Assembly (NCBI GenBank): GCA_046581505.1
Contig: JAYGGE010000099.1
Coordinates: 11,663 to 75,662, forward strand
DNA length: 64,000 nt
Direction of reading: 5' to 3'
DNA from: Verrucomicrobiales bacterium
GTDB taxonomy: Bacteria > Verrucomicrobiota > Verrucomicrobiia > Verrucomicrobiales > DEV007
The translations under genes were made by a program, and so were the position numbers. The notes beneath the pieces were generated by a model. It saw only the letters and a program-made list of their open reading frames with translations. It did not search any database and had not been told where the DNA came from. Below are positions 1-8,295 of the stretch, in pieces. How positions within the stretch are numbered: position 1 is the stretch's first letter; each line of letters begins with the position of its first letter.

Positions 1-34
1 CATCCCAGATTCAATCAATTAACCCTTAATCGTT

Positions 35-559
35 ATGAGATCCCCAATTTCAAAGAAAACGCGTGGTAATTTTTGTGCAGATTGCGCATTTACCCTCATT
101 GAGACAGTTCTTGCCATCGGCATTGTCGCCACTGTCCTGATTGCGCTTCTCGGACTGTTACCCAGCGGGTCGAAAATCCTCGGTGAAGCCGGGCGCGCGA
201 CGGTTGGGGCGCGAATTGCCCAACAGTTAATCGGCGAGGTGCAACTCGCGGAGTTTGAGGATATCGACCAACTCTTTACTAAAGAGCGTTACTATAACGA
301 TATGGGTACCGAGTTGAGCGGCATCGGGACCCTTCAGACCGTCTATACTGCCCGTGTAGAGATTGAAAGAGGCAACCCTGAAATTCCGGGAGCCAAGGAG
401 AGCAAGTACTTGAGGCGGGTGATCGTTAAGGTTTCCAATGCCCCCGGTAAGCCTGACTTCAGCGATCCTCCCCCTGATGAGGGAGCGCAGAACGATTCCT
501 ACGAGACTCCCTATAACAGGTATTCCACCCTTGTGGTTTTCACTGGCAAAGACAACTAG
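35..559 (+). CDS. Prepilin-type N-terminal cleavage/methylation domain protein, GspI-like (Verru_Chthon cassette protein B-like)
   Basis: The N-terminus ...CA|FTLIETVLAIGIVATVLIALLGLLPSG has the class III signal motif with Glu at +5. It is 174 aa, the same length and N-terminal pattern as the paralog at 42300..42824. Confidence 0.7.
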   Translation: MRSPISKKTRGNFCADCAFTLIETVLAIGIVATVLIALLGLLPSGSKILGEAGRATVGARIAQQLIGEVQLAEFEDIDQLFTKERYYNDMGTELSGIGTLQTVYTARVEIERGNPEIPGAKESKYLRRVIVKVSNAPGKPDFSDPPPDEGAQNDSYETPYNRYSTLVVFTGKDN

Positions 560-624
560 TCATTTGATGCTCTGTTAAGGTTTATGCAGCCCTTCAGGAT
601 CCACAAAACATCATACACTAAACG

Positions 625-1674
625 ATGAAATATCTGCACCGCAGGATGCGAGGCCCACGACCGGCATTTACCTTGCTTGAGTTAATGGTCTCAATGACCG
701 TGTTGTCGCTGATCTTGCTGCTGGTTTTCCAGATGCTTGATACGACTCAGAAGACATTCCAGAGCTCAAGGGCGAGGGCTGCCACGTTCAAGGAGGCACG
801 TGTCGCCTTTGAGGGGCTCACCCGCCGTATCGGGCAGGCAATGCTCAATACCTATTTTGATTATCAGTATCCGAATAACAATTCGACATTGAAGCCGACA
901 GGCTACGAGAGGAAGTCTGATCTTCATTTTGTCAGTGGCCGGGCACAAATCTTTTTAGGGGGAGGGAATTTCTCGACCCACTGCGTGTTCTTCCAGGCGC
1001 CTCTGGGCTTCTCCCTGAGGCCGGAGAACCAGTCGTTTGGCAGCCTTCTCAATAGCTGGGGCTATTACATCGAGCGGAACAATGACAATGACCAGATTCC
1101 GAATTTTCTGAAAGCCTACAACTATGCGGATACTTCCAGGGAGCGTTACCGCCTTATGGAGTTCCGTCCGCCGACCGAGAGTATGCAAGTGTATGGAGCT
1201 AACCTCAGAACGCGATACACCACCGACTGGTTTGCCCAGGAAATTCATAAGAAATCCCAGGCAGGCGGCGTACCGTTTTCACGGCCGATTGCCGAGAATA
1301 TCATTGCCCTGATCATTGAGCCCAAGCGTTCCGAGAAACCGGGCACGGCAATTCTCGCCCCGCAGTATCAATACGACAGCCGCCGCTTTCAGAAGAACAA
1401 CAATCCCAGGGACGAGACCAAGCACCAGTTGCCGCCACTTGTCGAGGTGACGATGGTGGCGATTGATGAGAATTCCGCCATACGTAATGAACAGGTCCAT
1501 GGAAGTCTGCAGGAACTGGTTGCCCCGACCCTGTTCAGAAATGCTGCAACCTACAGGCAGGATCTAGGCCAGCTCGAGAAAAGCCTCATTGATAAGAAGA
1601 TCACTTACCGGGTATTTAACGAGACGGTTGCCATAAGGGCATCAAAATTCAGTGATCCGCAATTCCTGAGGTAG
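625..1674 (+). CDS. Prepilin-type N-terminal domain protein, GspJ-like (Verru_Chthon cassette protein C-like)
   Basis: Basic leader MKYLHRRMRGPRPA followed by FTLLELMVSMTVLSLILLL (Glu+5). At 349 aa it is paralogous by eye to 42824..43819 (AAAFTLLELMVAMVVF...). Confidence 0.7.
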   Translation: MKYLHRRMRGPRPAFTLLELMVSMTVLSLILLLVFQMLDTTQKTFQSSRARAATFKEARVAFEGLTRRIGQAMLNTYFDYQYPNNNSTLKPTGYERKSDLHFVSGRAQIFLGGGNFSTHCVFFQAPLGFSLRPENQSFGSLLNSWGYYIERNNDNDQIPNFLKAYNYADTSRERYRLMEFRPPTESMQVYGANLRTRYTTDWFAQEIHKKSQAGGVPFSRPIAENIIALIIEPKRSEKPGTAILAPQYQYDSRRFQKNNNPRDETKHQLPPLVEVTMVAIDENSAIRNEQVHGSLQELVAPTLFRNAATYRQDLGQLEKSLIDKKITYRVFNETVAIRASKFSDPQFLR

Positions 1675-1698
1675 CGATTGCAAAAAACCGCACATCTG

Positions 1699-2325
1699 AT
1701 GAAATTAACCAAACGCCATGAAAGGGGGGGATTCACCCTCATCGAGATCCTCGTGGTCCTTACCATTATCGCGATTATCGTGACGTTCACGGTTCCCAAT
1801 CTGGAGCCTGCGTTGAAGGGCTCCAAACTCAAGCAGGCTGCTGATAACCTGGAGCGTGCACTGGCCAATGCCCAGCAGATGGCGATCACCCATAACCATC
1901 CGGTGGAGTTCCGGTTTTTCCATTATGACGATCCCGACAGCCCGGGAAGCGAGGAGTTCTTCCGCAGTTATCAGGCGGTTCAGGTTATCACCAGCCCGGA
2001 GAATCATAATCAGGTGATTGAGGAAAAAGTGGTGACTTCGGTGAACACCTTTCCGTTGCCTTTTGTGCTTGCCGAAGGAGAATTCAGCACCCTTATTGAT
2101 TCCGTTGCCCTGGAGCAGGGCAGTGCCGATATCCCGCGTGCGAATGATGTAGATTATGTCGCTTTTGAGTTTCGTCCTAACGGCGCAACCAACCTGGGAA
2201 CAATTGACATGAGCCACTGGACATTGACGATTGTAAGGGAATCTGACAGCAAGCCGGTGATAGGAGAGTTTATCACGCTGACAGTTGATGCATACAACGG
2301 GCGGGTCCGGCAGTTCTACCCATAG
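1699..2325 (+). CDS. Prepilin-type N-terminal domain protein, GspH/FimT-like (Verru_Chthon cassette protein D-like)
   Basis: MKLTKRHERGG|FTLIEILVVLTIIAIIV. The C-terminus ...VDAYNGRVRQFYP parallels ...IDTLTGRVRIYRP of 41599..42303. The track ORF starts at TTG 1678; ATG 1699 gives a typical short basic prepilin leader. Confidence 0.65.
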   Translation: MKLTKRHERGGFTLIEILVVLTIIAIIVTFTVPNLEPALKGSKLKQAADNLERALANAQQMAITHNHPVEFRFFHYDDPDSPGSEEFFRSYQAVQVITSPENHNQVIEEKVVTSVNTFPLPFVLAEGEFSTLIDSVALEQGSADIPRANDVDYVAFEFRPNGATNLGTIDMSHWTLTIVRESDSKPVIGEFITLTVDAYNGRVRQFYP

Positions 2326-2574
2326 GGGAAGTGCCGGTTGGCTTTGGCTGCGAAAGGGAGGGGAGCGGATTGATGTTCGTGACAGCGGGAAGCGGGAGCA
2401 TGCGCTAACTACTGCCCCTGACTTCAGGTTGAAGTTCCGGGAAGCGCCGGATTGGCAACCCCGGCAGAATGGCAATAAACACCTCGCCTGATGGTTTTCG
2501 GGCGTTCAAATGGACAGCCATTGACCTTAGATCTCTATAATAATCGGCTCATTTTCACATCAATCAGTTCAAAA

Positions 2575-2612
2575 TCATGCAATTGAGCCCATTTCATTGG
2601 GAAATTGCATGA
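2575..2612. repeat. Perfect 10-bp inverted repeat TCATGCAATT-N18-AATTGCATGA in the dcw leader region
   Basis: Read directly: arms at 2575-2584 and 2603-2612. An inner CCCA (2588-2591) / TGGG (2598-2601) pairing is also possible. Confidence 0.8.
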
Positions 2613-2703
2613 AACCTCTCTATTAACCTCAAATTTTTCCGACCAGCTATTTTTATTCAATTAGCCATAAAAACGGCATTGACCAAACAGCTCTTGCGGG
2701 GCA

Positions 2704-2733
2704 GATTGGGGTATATTGGGGCATATTGGTTCC
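2704..2733 (+). promoter_or_regulatory. Three 10-bp-phased direct repeats (GATTGGGGTA / TATTGGGGCA / TATTGGTTCC), candidate MraZ operator
   Basis: Tandem decamers lie at 2704-2713, 2714-2723 and 2724-2733, immediately 5' of the mraZ ATG (2737). MraZ proteins are known to bind GTGGG/TGGGN-type direct repeats with 10-bp periodicity in dcw promoter regions. Confidence 0.5.
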
Positions 2734-2736
2734 AAT

Positions 2737-3207
2737 ATGCACGTTGTGGTTGATTTACCCGAAAATTCAAAAACCCGGTTGTTTGCTGGCACCCTCCAGC
2801 ATGTTCTTGACGACAATCATCGAGTCACGGTGCCGTCGCGCTGGCGGCATGAAGAACTTTCAGAGTTCTTTGCACTGCCCGATCCGCGAAGATCTTTTCT
2901 CATCCTCCTGCCCGCAGCGGAACTGCAGAGGATGGCAACTGACCTTGAAGCTATCAAGGAATACAGCCGGGCGCAGCAGCGGCAATACAGCAGGCAACTG
3001 TTTTCCCGTGCCACTTCCTGTATCCTTGATCGTCAGGGGCGCTTGGTATTGCCTGCGGAAATCTGTACCGGCCTCGGTTTGCGCGGAGAGGTGGTATTGG
3101 CAGGGGGTGGTGCACGTATCGAAGTTTGGCAGCCCGAGAACTGGCAACGCAACTGCCGCGAAGAGGAAAGCACTTACGCTGAGATTGCCGACCGGGTCGG
3201 CCTGTAG
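2737..3207 (+). CDS. mraZ: Transcriptional regulator MraZ
   Basis: Two MraZ half-domains with DxxxR motifs (LDDNHRVTVPSRWR and LDRQGRLVLPAEI), and it is the first gene of the dcw cluster. The track ORF begins at TTG 2716, inside the repeat array, so ATG 2737 is preferred. Confidence 0.85.
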   Translation: MHVVVDLPENSKTRLFAGTLQHVLDDNHRVTVPSRWRHEELSEFFALPDPRRSFLILLPAAELQRMATDLEAIKEYSRAQQRQYSRQLFSRATSCILDRQGRLVLPAEICTGLGLRGEVVLAGGGARIEVWQPENWQRNCREEESTYAEIADRVGL

Positions 3208-3285
3208 ATTTTTCCCTCACTTTAAGGAACCTCAACACCCACCAGAAGTACTTGACCAATTATCAACAACAAAGCAGCGCAGAAA

Positions 3286-4425
3286 ATGAGGAAGCTCCTA
3301 ACAAGGTTTCTGTCTTCGAACATTCTAAGGCCGACTGTAATGGCCGGCACCAACGCACGATACCACCTGAGCCAATGGCCAGTTGGCTGTGCGCCCAAGC
3401 CTAATTTGTTCGGCAATCGAAATGAGGCGTCATCCGGCAGGCCGCCATCGGATGACAAGTCGCGGTTTAAACGTGCACGCGGCAGTGGCAACGATTATCA
3501 CCTGCCGGTTTTACTTGAAGAAGTGACCCATTATCTGGCACCGCAGGAAGGTAAGCTGTATCTGGACGCAACACTCGGCGGCGGCGGGCATTCAGAGCAA
3601 CTTTTACGCATCGGGGCAAGGGTAATCGGACTGGATCAGGATCCTGCAGCGTTGTCATTCGCACGTGCCCGTCTTAGCGAATACCGGGAGAGTTTCGGGG
3701 CAATTCAGGGAAATTTCAGGGAGTTTGGAGATATTCTGGAAACCATTGGCATCAGCGGGCTGGATGGAGTGTTATTGGATCTTGGAATTTCCTCGCGTCA
3801 GGTTGATGACGCCGATCGTGGATTTTCATTTACCAGGCCCGGGCCGTTGGATATGCGGATGGATCCGGATTCCGAGGTTACTGCGGCAGAACTGATTAAT
3901 ACCTGTGAGGAAGCGGAACTGGCCCGGGTGTTTTATCAGTATGGTGAGGAGCGGGCTTCGCGCAAGGTTGCCCGCGGCATTGTCGAGCGCCGCTCGGTGA
4001 AACCGTTTCAGTGCACTTCCGATCTTGCTGAATTTTTGCAGTCGATGCTGCCTCGCAGGGGTAAGATTCATCCTGCAACCCGTGTGTTTCAGGCTCTCCG
4101 CATAGCCGTCAACAACGAGTTACGGGCTCTTGAGGAAGCCCTGACGGAGGTGCCGCGCTGGTTGCGTCCCGGCGGCCGGCTTGTTGTTATCTCTTTTCAC
4201 TCGCTGGAGGACCGGATCGTGAAGTCATATCTCAAAAGATGCAGTCAAGCGCAACTCGACCGTCCTGAGTGGCCGGAACCGAAGGCGAATCCAGAGCATT
4301 ACTTCAAGCTTGTCATGCAGAAAGGGCTGACCCCTTCACCTGACGAAATAAAGAATAACCCGCGTGCCCGCAGCGCGAGGTTGCGTGTGGCTGAGAGGTT
4401 ACAAACGGCAGTCCCGAAAATCTGA
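3286..4425 (+). CDS. rsmH: 16S rRNA (cytosine1402-N4)-methyltransferase RsmH
   Basis: HLPVLLEEV..., the SAM-binding DATLGGGGHS, ISFHSLEDRIVK and NPRARSARLRVAER. The conserved core starts near nt 3490. The true start is probably downstream of 3286 (ATG 3340 or TTG 3406). Confidence 0.85.
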   Translation: MRKLLTRFLSSNILRPTVMAGTNARYHLSQWPVGCAPKPNLFGNRNEASSGRPPSDDKSRFKRARGSGNDYHLPVLLEEVTHYLAPQEGKLYLDATLGGGGHSEQLLRIGARVIGLDQDPAALSFARARLSEYRESFGAIQGNFREFGDILETIGISGLDGVLLDLGISSRQVDDADRGFSFTRPGPLDMRMDPDSEVTAAELINTCEEAELARVFYQYGEERASRKVARGIVERRSVKPFQCTSDLAEFLQSMLPRRGKIHPATRVFQALRIAVNNELRALEEALTEVPRWLRPGGRLVVISFHSLEDRIVKSYLKRCSQAQLDRPEWPEPKANPEHYFKLVMQKGLTPSPDEIKNNPRARSARLRVAERLQTAVPKI

Positions 4426-4431
4426 AAAGTC

Positions 4432-4797
4432 ATGGCTAGGAATCGAAAACGTTATCAGCGCCGACTTGATATCGGTTCAATCATATCACTGTTCTCTGTT
4501 GCAGTGGTTTTCGCAGTTGTCGCGTGCGGATTTGTAGGCATTAAGAACGCTCATGTCGAGCGCAGTGATCAGCGGCAGACCCTTGAGGAGAAGATCTCGA
4601 TCATGGAAAAGGAGGTGGATACCATTGACCTGCGGATTGCCTCCCTCTGTGATCGCCGTGTACTGGCAGCGAGCCTACACAAGTATGGCAGCAAACTTGT
4701 GCCGATCGAGACCAGTGAAGAACTCCTCGGATTGCCTTCAGAGTTACCGGAGGCACTGGCATTTGGCAGGATCCAGGAGTTCCAGAATCATCATTAA
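4432..4797 (+). CDS. ftsL: Cell division protein FtsL-like (bitopic, coiled coil)
   Basis: 121 aa with a basic N-terminus (MARNRKRYQRR), one TM helix (IISLFSVAVVFAVVACGFVGI), then a heptad-like segment. It sits in the conserved position between rsmH and ftsI. No diagnostic motif; the call rests on position and architecture. Confidence 0.55.
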   Translation: MARNRKRYQRRLDIGSIISLFSVAVVFAVVACGFVGIKNAHVERSDQRQTLEEKISIMEKEVDTIDLRIASLCDRRVLAASLHKYGSKLVPIETSEELLGLPSELPEALAFGRIQEFQNHH

Positions 4798-4811
4798 TAT
4801 TAGCCTTACAG

Positions 4812-6686
4812 GTGGATAGCCGTTCCGTATACAGACGCACTTTTGCAGTTACCACTTTCCTTGTAGTGGTGTTCAGTGCTCTGTCGGCGAGGATTGTCTA
4901 TGTACAGGTGGTGAACCATGAGCGGCTTTCGAAGATCGCGAGAACCGAGCGCTTGAAGCGTGAAGATTTGCCCGCGGCCCGCGGCCTGATATTTGATCGC
5001 CATGGTGAAATTCTCGTGCAAAACCGGCATGTGCGTGATGTTATCGCCGATCGCTATCATTTGATTGATATCAATGTTTGCCGCAAGGCTGTAGCAGTTG
5101 CTGAAGACCTCACTGTAAGGCAAGTGAAACGGCTCTTTAATGACAATCAGGTTCGCAGCCGGTTCATTCAAATTGCGGATAATACGTTGAGTGAGCTGCT
5201 GGGGAGTGATGGCGCGAGAGTCAGGGATATTGTTGCCGAGGGAGCGGGAAGGGATCATGTGGTGGTTTTTCGTGATCTTGAGTTCGGCAGGGCGGAAAGG
5301 ATGCGCTTGCTGCTCCTTGAACGCGGCATAGGCGGGTTCAGCTTTAAGGATTCGATGAAGAGGTATTACCCAAACCCGGGCCGTTTGGCCCAGGTGCTCG
5401 GATATACCGATGCGGAGAATGTCGGGCGTGAGGGGATTGAAGGGGCACTTGATAAGCAACTCGCCGGAGTCCCGGGATACAGGCTTGTAGAGCGAACCCG
5501 GCGGTCAAGTGAAATTTTGTCAGGACTTAACGCGGAGTCTCTGCCTGTTGATGGTGCGAATGTTGAACTCACCATTAATATGGGCCTGCAGGAAATCGTT
5601 GAGGCTGCCATGCAGAAGGCTGTCGCGCAGTTTGACCCAGAGAAGATCATGGCGGTATTCATGGATCCGTCCACCGGCGAGATACTGGCGATGGCAAGCA
5701 GACCCGACTTTGATCAGGAAACGCGCAAGGGAACGCGTAAGATCCATCCGGTTTCCGATAGATATGAACCGGGGTCGACTTTCAAGGTAGTTGCGCTTGC
5801 CGCCGCTTTTGACAAGCAGCTTATCACGCTGGACTCGGTATTCTTCTGCCACAATGGGAAATACCATGCGCCTGGCCTGTTTCTCAGTGATCACCGTGCT
5901 TTTTCCTATCTCAGTTCACAGGAGATTCTTTCCCAATCGAGTAATATAGGTGCTTTCTTTATTGCCAAGAAGGTGGAGGACGAGGCGGGAATCGGAACCT
6001 TCCATGGTTACATCAGGAATTTTGGTTTCGGAACCCGTACCGGAATAGAACTTACCGCCGAGGCGGCGGGAATGGTTACCGGACCGAAAGACAGAGCCTG
6101 GAGCAGGACTTCACTTTCGAGAATCGCCATGGGCTATGAGGTCGATGTCACCGCCCTGCAGATGGTATCTGCACTCTCGGCAATTGCCAATGGCGGCAAG
6201 TTGATGAAGCCGCAGATTATCCAGAAGATCAGTTCGCCGGAAGGGGAACCGATTTATCAGTTGCAACCTAAGAAAATTCGCCGAGTGATCAGCGAAGAAG
6301 CGGCAAATATGCTGATTACCGCGCTTACTGCAGTCGTTGCCGATGGTGGAACCGGAGAGAATGCAATGGTCGATGGGTTTGTAGTTGCGGGCAAGACCGG
6401 AACTACCCGAAAACTCCGTAATCCCAGAAACAAAGGATATTACCATGGACGTTATGTAGTCTCCTTCATGGGATTTCTTCCGGCGGAAAATCCCCGCCTT
6501 GCAGGCATTATTGTGGTTGATGATCCGAAGAATGCAGCGCGTTATGGCGGCACAGTTGCCGCACCGATTTTTTCCGAGATTGCATCAGCGGCGATGCCCT
6601 GCATGGGCATACAGCCAATGGTTCCCCTCCCCCGGGCGATTAAAAATGTGCGTCGTGCGGTGGATATTGGAGGAGGGCGCCACTGA
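4812..6686 (+). CDS. ftsI: Peptidoglycan D,D-transpeptidase FtsI (class B PBP)
   Basis: GTG start and an N-terminal TM helix. Transpeptidase motifs are present: SxxK (GSTFKV), SxN (SSN) and KTG(T) (AGKTGTT). Confidence 0.85.
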   Translation: MDSRSVYRRTFAVTTFLVVVFSALSARIVYVQVVNHERLSKIARTERLKREDLPAARGLIFDRHGEILVQNRHVRDVIADRYHLIDINVCRKAVAVAEDLTVRQVKRLFNDNQVRSRFIQIADNTLSELLGSDGARVRDIVAEGAGRDHVVVFRDLEFGRAERMRLLLLERGIGGFSFKDSMKRYYPNPGRLAQVLGYTDAENVGREGIEGALDKQLAGVPGYRLVERTRRSSEILSGLNAESLPVDGANVELTINMGLQEIVEAAMQKAVAQFDPEKIMAVFMDPSTGEILAMASRPDFDQETRKGTRKIHPVSDRYEPGSTFKVVALAAAFDKQLITLDSVFFCHNGKYHAPGLFLSDHRAFSYLSSQEILSQSSNIGAFFIAKKVEDEAGIGTFHGYIRNFGFGTRTGIELTAEAAGMVTGPKDRAWSRTSLSRIAMGYEVDVTALQMVSALSAIANGGKLMKPQIIQKISSPEGEPIYQLQPKKIRRVISEEAANMLITALTAVVADGGTGENAMVDGFVVAGKTGTTRKLRNPRNKGYYHGRYVVSFMGFLPAENPRLAGIIVVDDPKNAARYGGTVAAPIFSEIASAAMPCMGIQPMVPLPRAIKNVRRAVDIGGGRH

Positions 6687-6705
6687 CAGAAGTTTTGGTG
6701 ATCTG

Positions 6706-8295
6706 ATGCGATTGAACACATTAGCAGAGGCGGTGAACGGTGCGGTTGTCTCGGGAGAGGGCGATCCGGAGATCAGTTCGCTGTGTTACGATTCGCGAAA
6801 GGCATCAGAAGGAGCACTGTTTTTTGCGATCAACGGCGGCAAGGTTGACGGACATGAATACATCGGGCAGGCAATCAAATTGCGTGCCGCAGCGGTCGTT
6901 GTTGAGCGGGGTGAAGTTGAACTTGGAGTGCCGACAGTCGGAGTGCCGGATGGCAGGAGTGCCATGTCTGCAATTGCCGATGTGTTTTATGGCAATCCGT
7001 CGGGATTACTGAAGGTTGCCGGAGTTACGGGAACCAACGGCAAGACGACTACTGCATTATTGCTCTGCCATTTGCTTAATGCTGCCCATCGGCGGTGCGG
7101 TTTGCTTGGCACGGTGAAATATGATCTTGGCGGGGAAGATGTCACTGTTACCCGCACGACACCTGAGTCGGCGGATTTGCAGGGCTATCTTGCGAGGATG
7201 GTGGACAACGGATGCGTCGCTGCGGTAATAGAGGTTTCATCGCACGGGATTGCTTTGAAAAGGACTGCTGATGTGCAGTTTGACGTCGCGATTTTCACCA
7301 ACCTATCCCGTGATCATCTCGACTTTCATGGTGACATGAGTTCGTATTTTTCCGCCAAGCGCGAATTCTTTGACCAGATCTCCTCCCGCGATGGAAAGAA
7401 AAAATCTCTGGCTGTTATTAATAGAGATGATCCATCGGGCAGAAAATTGCTTAACGATTTTCCCAAGGGAAGCGCTTCGGCAGTTTCCTATGGCCTTGGA
7501 ATTGGCGCGGATTATCTTGCCAGCGATCTGCGTCAGAGCCGTGACGGGATAGAGTTCAACCTCCGGGTTGCAGGCAGGCAACTGCGGGCAAAGATGCCAT
7601 TGATCGGGCACTTCAATGTATACAATGCCCTTGCCGCCCTGGCTGCGGGAGTGGGGATGGGCCTCAACCTGCGGGAGGCAGTCACGCACCTTGCGGAATT
7701 TCCACAGGTTCCCGGCCGCCTCGAGAGTGTTTCTGATAACAGGGCTTTCCATGTTTATGTCGATTATGCCCATACGCCGGATGCTCTGGAAAATACGCTG
7801 ACAACCCTGCTCGGACTTGAACCCCGCCGCTTGATTGTTGTTTTCGGATGTGGAGGAAACAGGGATACAGAAAAGCGTGCAGAGATGGGGGCTATTGCCG
7901 CCCGTTTGGCGAACTATGTGATTATTACCTCTGATAATCCGCGTGATGAGGATCCGCAGGAGATAATATCCGACATAGAGGCCGGGTTCAAAGGGGAGCA
8001 CTTCGAGAGTGTGGTTGATCGCCGTGAAGCGATCGGGCTGGGAGTGTCGTATCTCATTCCCCGGGACATTCTTCTAATTGCCGGCAAAGGGCATGAGGAT
8101 TATCAGGAGTTTGCCGATCATAGAGTTGCCTTTGATGACCGCGAGGTGGCACGCCAAATGCTCAGGGATCGGGATCATGTCCGGGCAGACATGGTGCGCG
8201 AAAAGCGCGAGGAGATGGAAGCCAGGGAGAAACAGCGGCAAGAGGATTCTCGCGGGAGATTGAATGATGAGTCAACGGATTGGAGGGAGGATTGA
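6706..8295 (+). CDS. murE: UDP-N-acetylmuramoyl-L-alanyl-D-glutamate--2,6-diaminopimelate ligase MurE
   Basis: GVTGTNGKTTT P-loop, a DNPR motif (ITSDNPRDEDP, mDAP-type) and AGKGHEDYQ. ATG 6706 (MRLNTLAEAV...) is preferred over the track start 6499, which overlaps ftsI. It has an unusual charged C-terminal tail of about 45 aa. Confidence 0.9.
   Translation: MRLNTLAEAVNGAVVSGEGDPEISSLCYDSRKASEGALFFAINGGKVDGHEYIGQAIKLRAAAVVVERGEVELGVPTVGVPDGRSAMSAIADVFYGNPSGLLKVAGVTGTNGKTTTALLLCHLLNAAHRRCGLLGTVKYDLGGEDVTVTRTTPESADLQGYLARMVDNGCVAAVIEVSSHGIALKRTADVQFDVAIFTNLSRDHLDFHGDMSSYFSAKREFFDQISSRDGKKKSLAVINRDDPSGRKLLNDFPKGSASAVSYGLGIGADYLASDLRQSRDGIEFNLRVAGRQLRAKMPLIGHFNVYNALAALAAGVGMGLNLREAVTHLAEFPQVPGRLESVSDNRAFHVYVDYAHTPDALENTLTTLLGLEPRRLIVVFGCGGNRDTEKRAEMGAIAARLANYVIITSDNPRDEDPQEIISDIEAGFKGEHFESVVDRREAIGLGVSYLIPRDILLIAGKGHEDYQEFADHRVAFDDREVARQMLRDRDHVRADMVREKREEMEAREKQRQEDSRGRLNDESTDWRED

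Noticed and set aside
1705-2475. 256-aa minus-strand ORF
   Set aside because: It is antisense to the GspH-like prepilin gene. It has a low-complexity Arg/Ser/Pro-rich translation and no motif.
2511-2541. Perfect TATAAT (2536-2541) as the dcw promoter -10 element
   Set aside because: The nearest -35-like hexamers are badly spaced: TTGACC lies 9 nt upstream and TGGACA 19 nt upstream. I cannot support a promoter call without transcription-start data.
4806-5459. 217-aa minus-strand ORF
   Set aside because: It is antisense to the N-terminal part of ftsI and has no motif. The forward frame carries the PBP dimerisation and transpeptidase signatures.
6499-6705. N-terminal 69 codons of the 598-aa MurE track ORF
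   Set aside because: This part overlaps the ftsI 3' end in another frame and has no MurE similarity. MurE homology begins right after ATG 6706.
7303-8001. 232-aa minus-strand ORF
   Set aside because: It is antisense to murE and has no recognisable motif.
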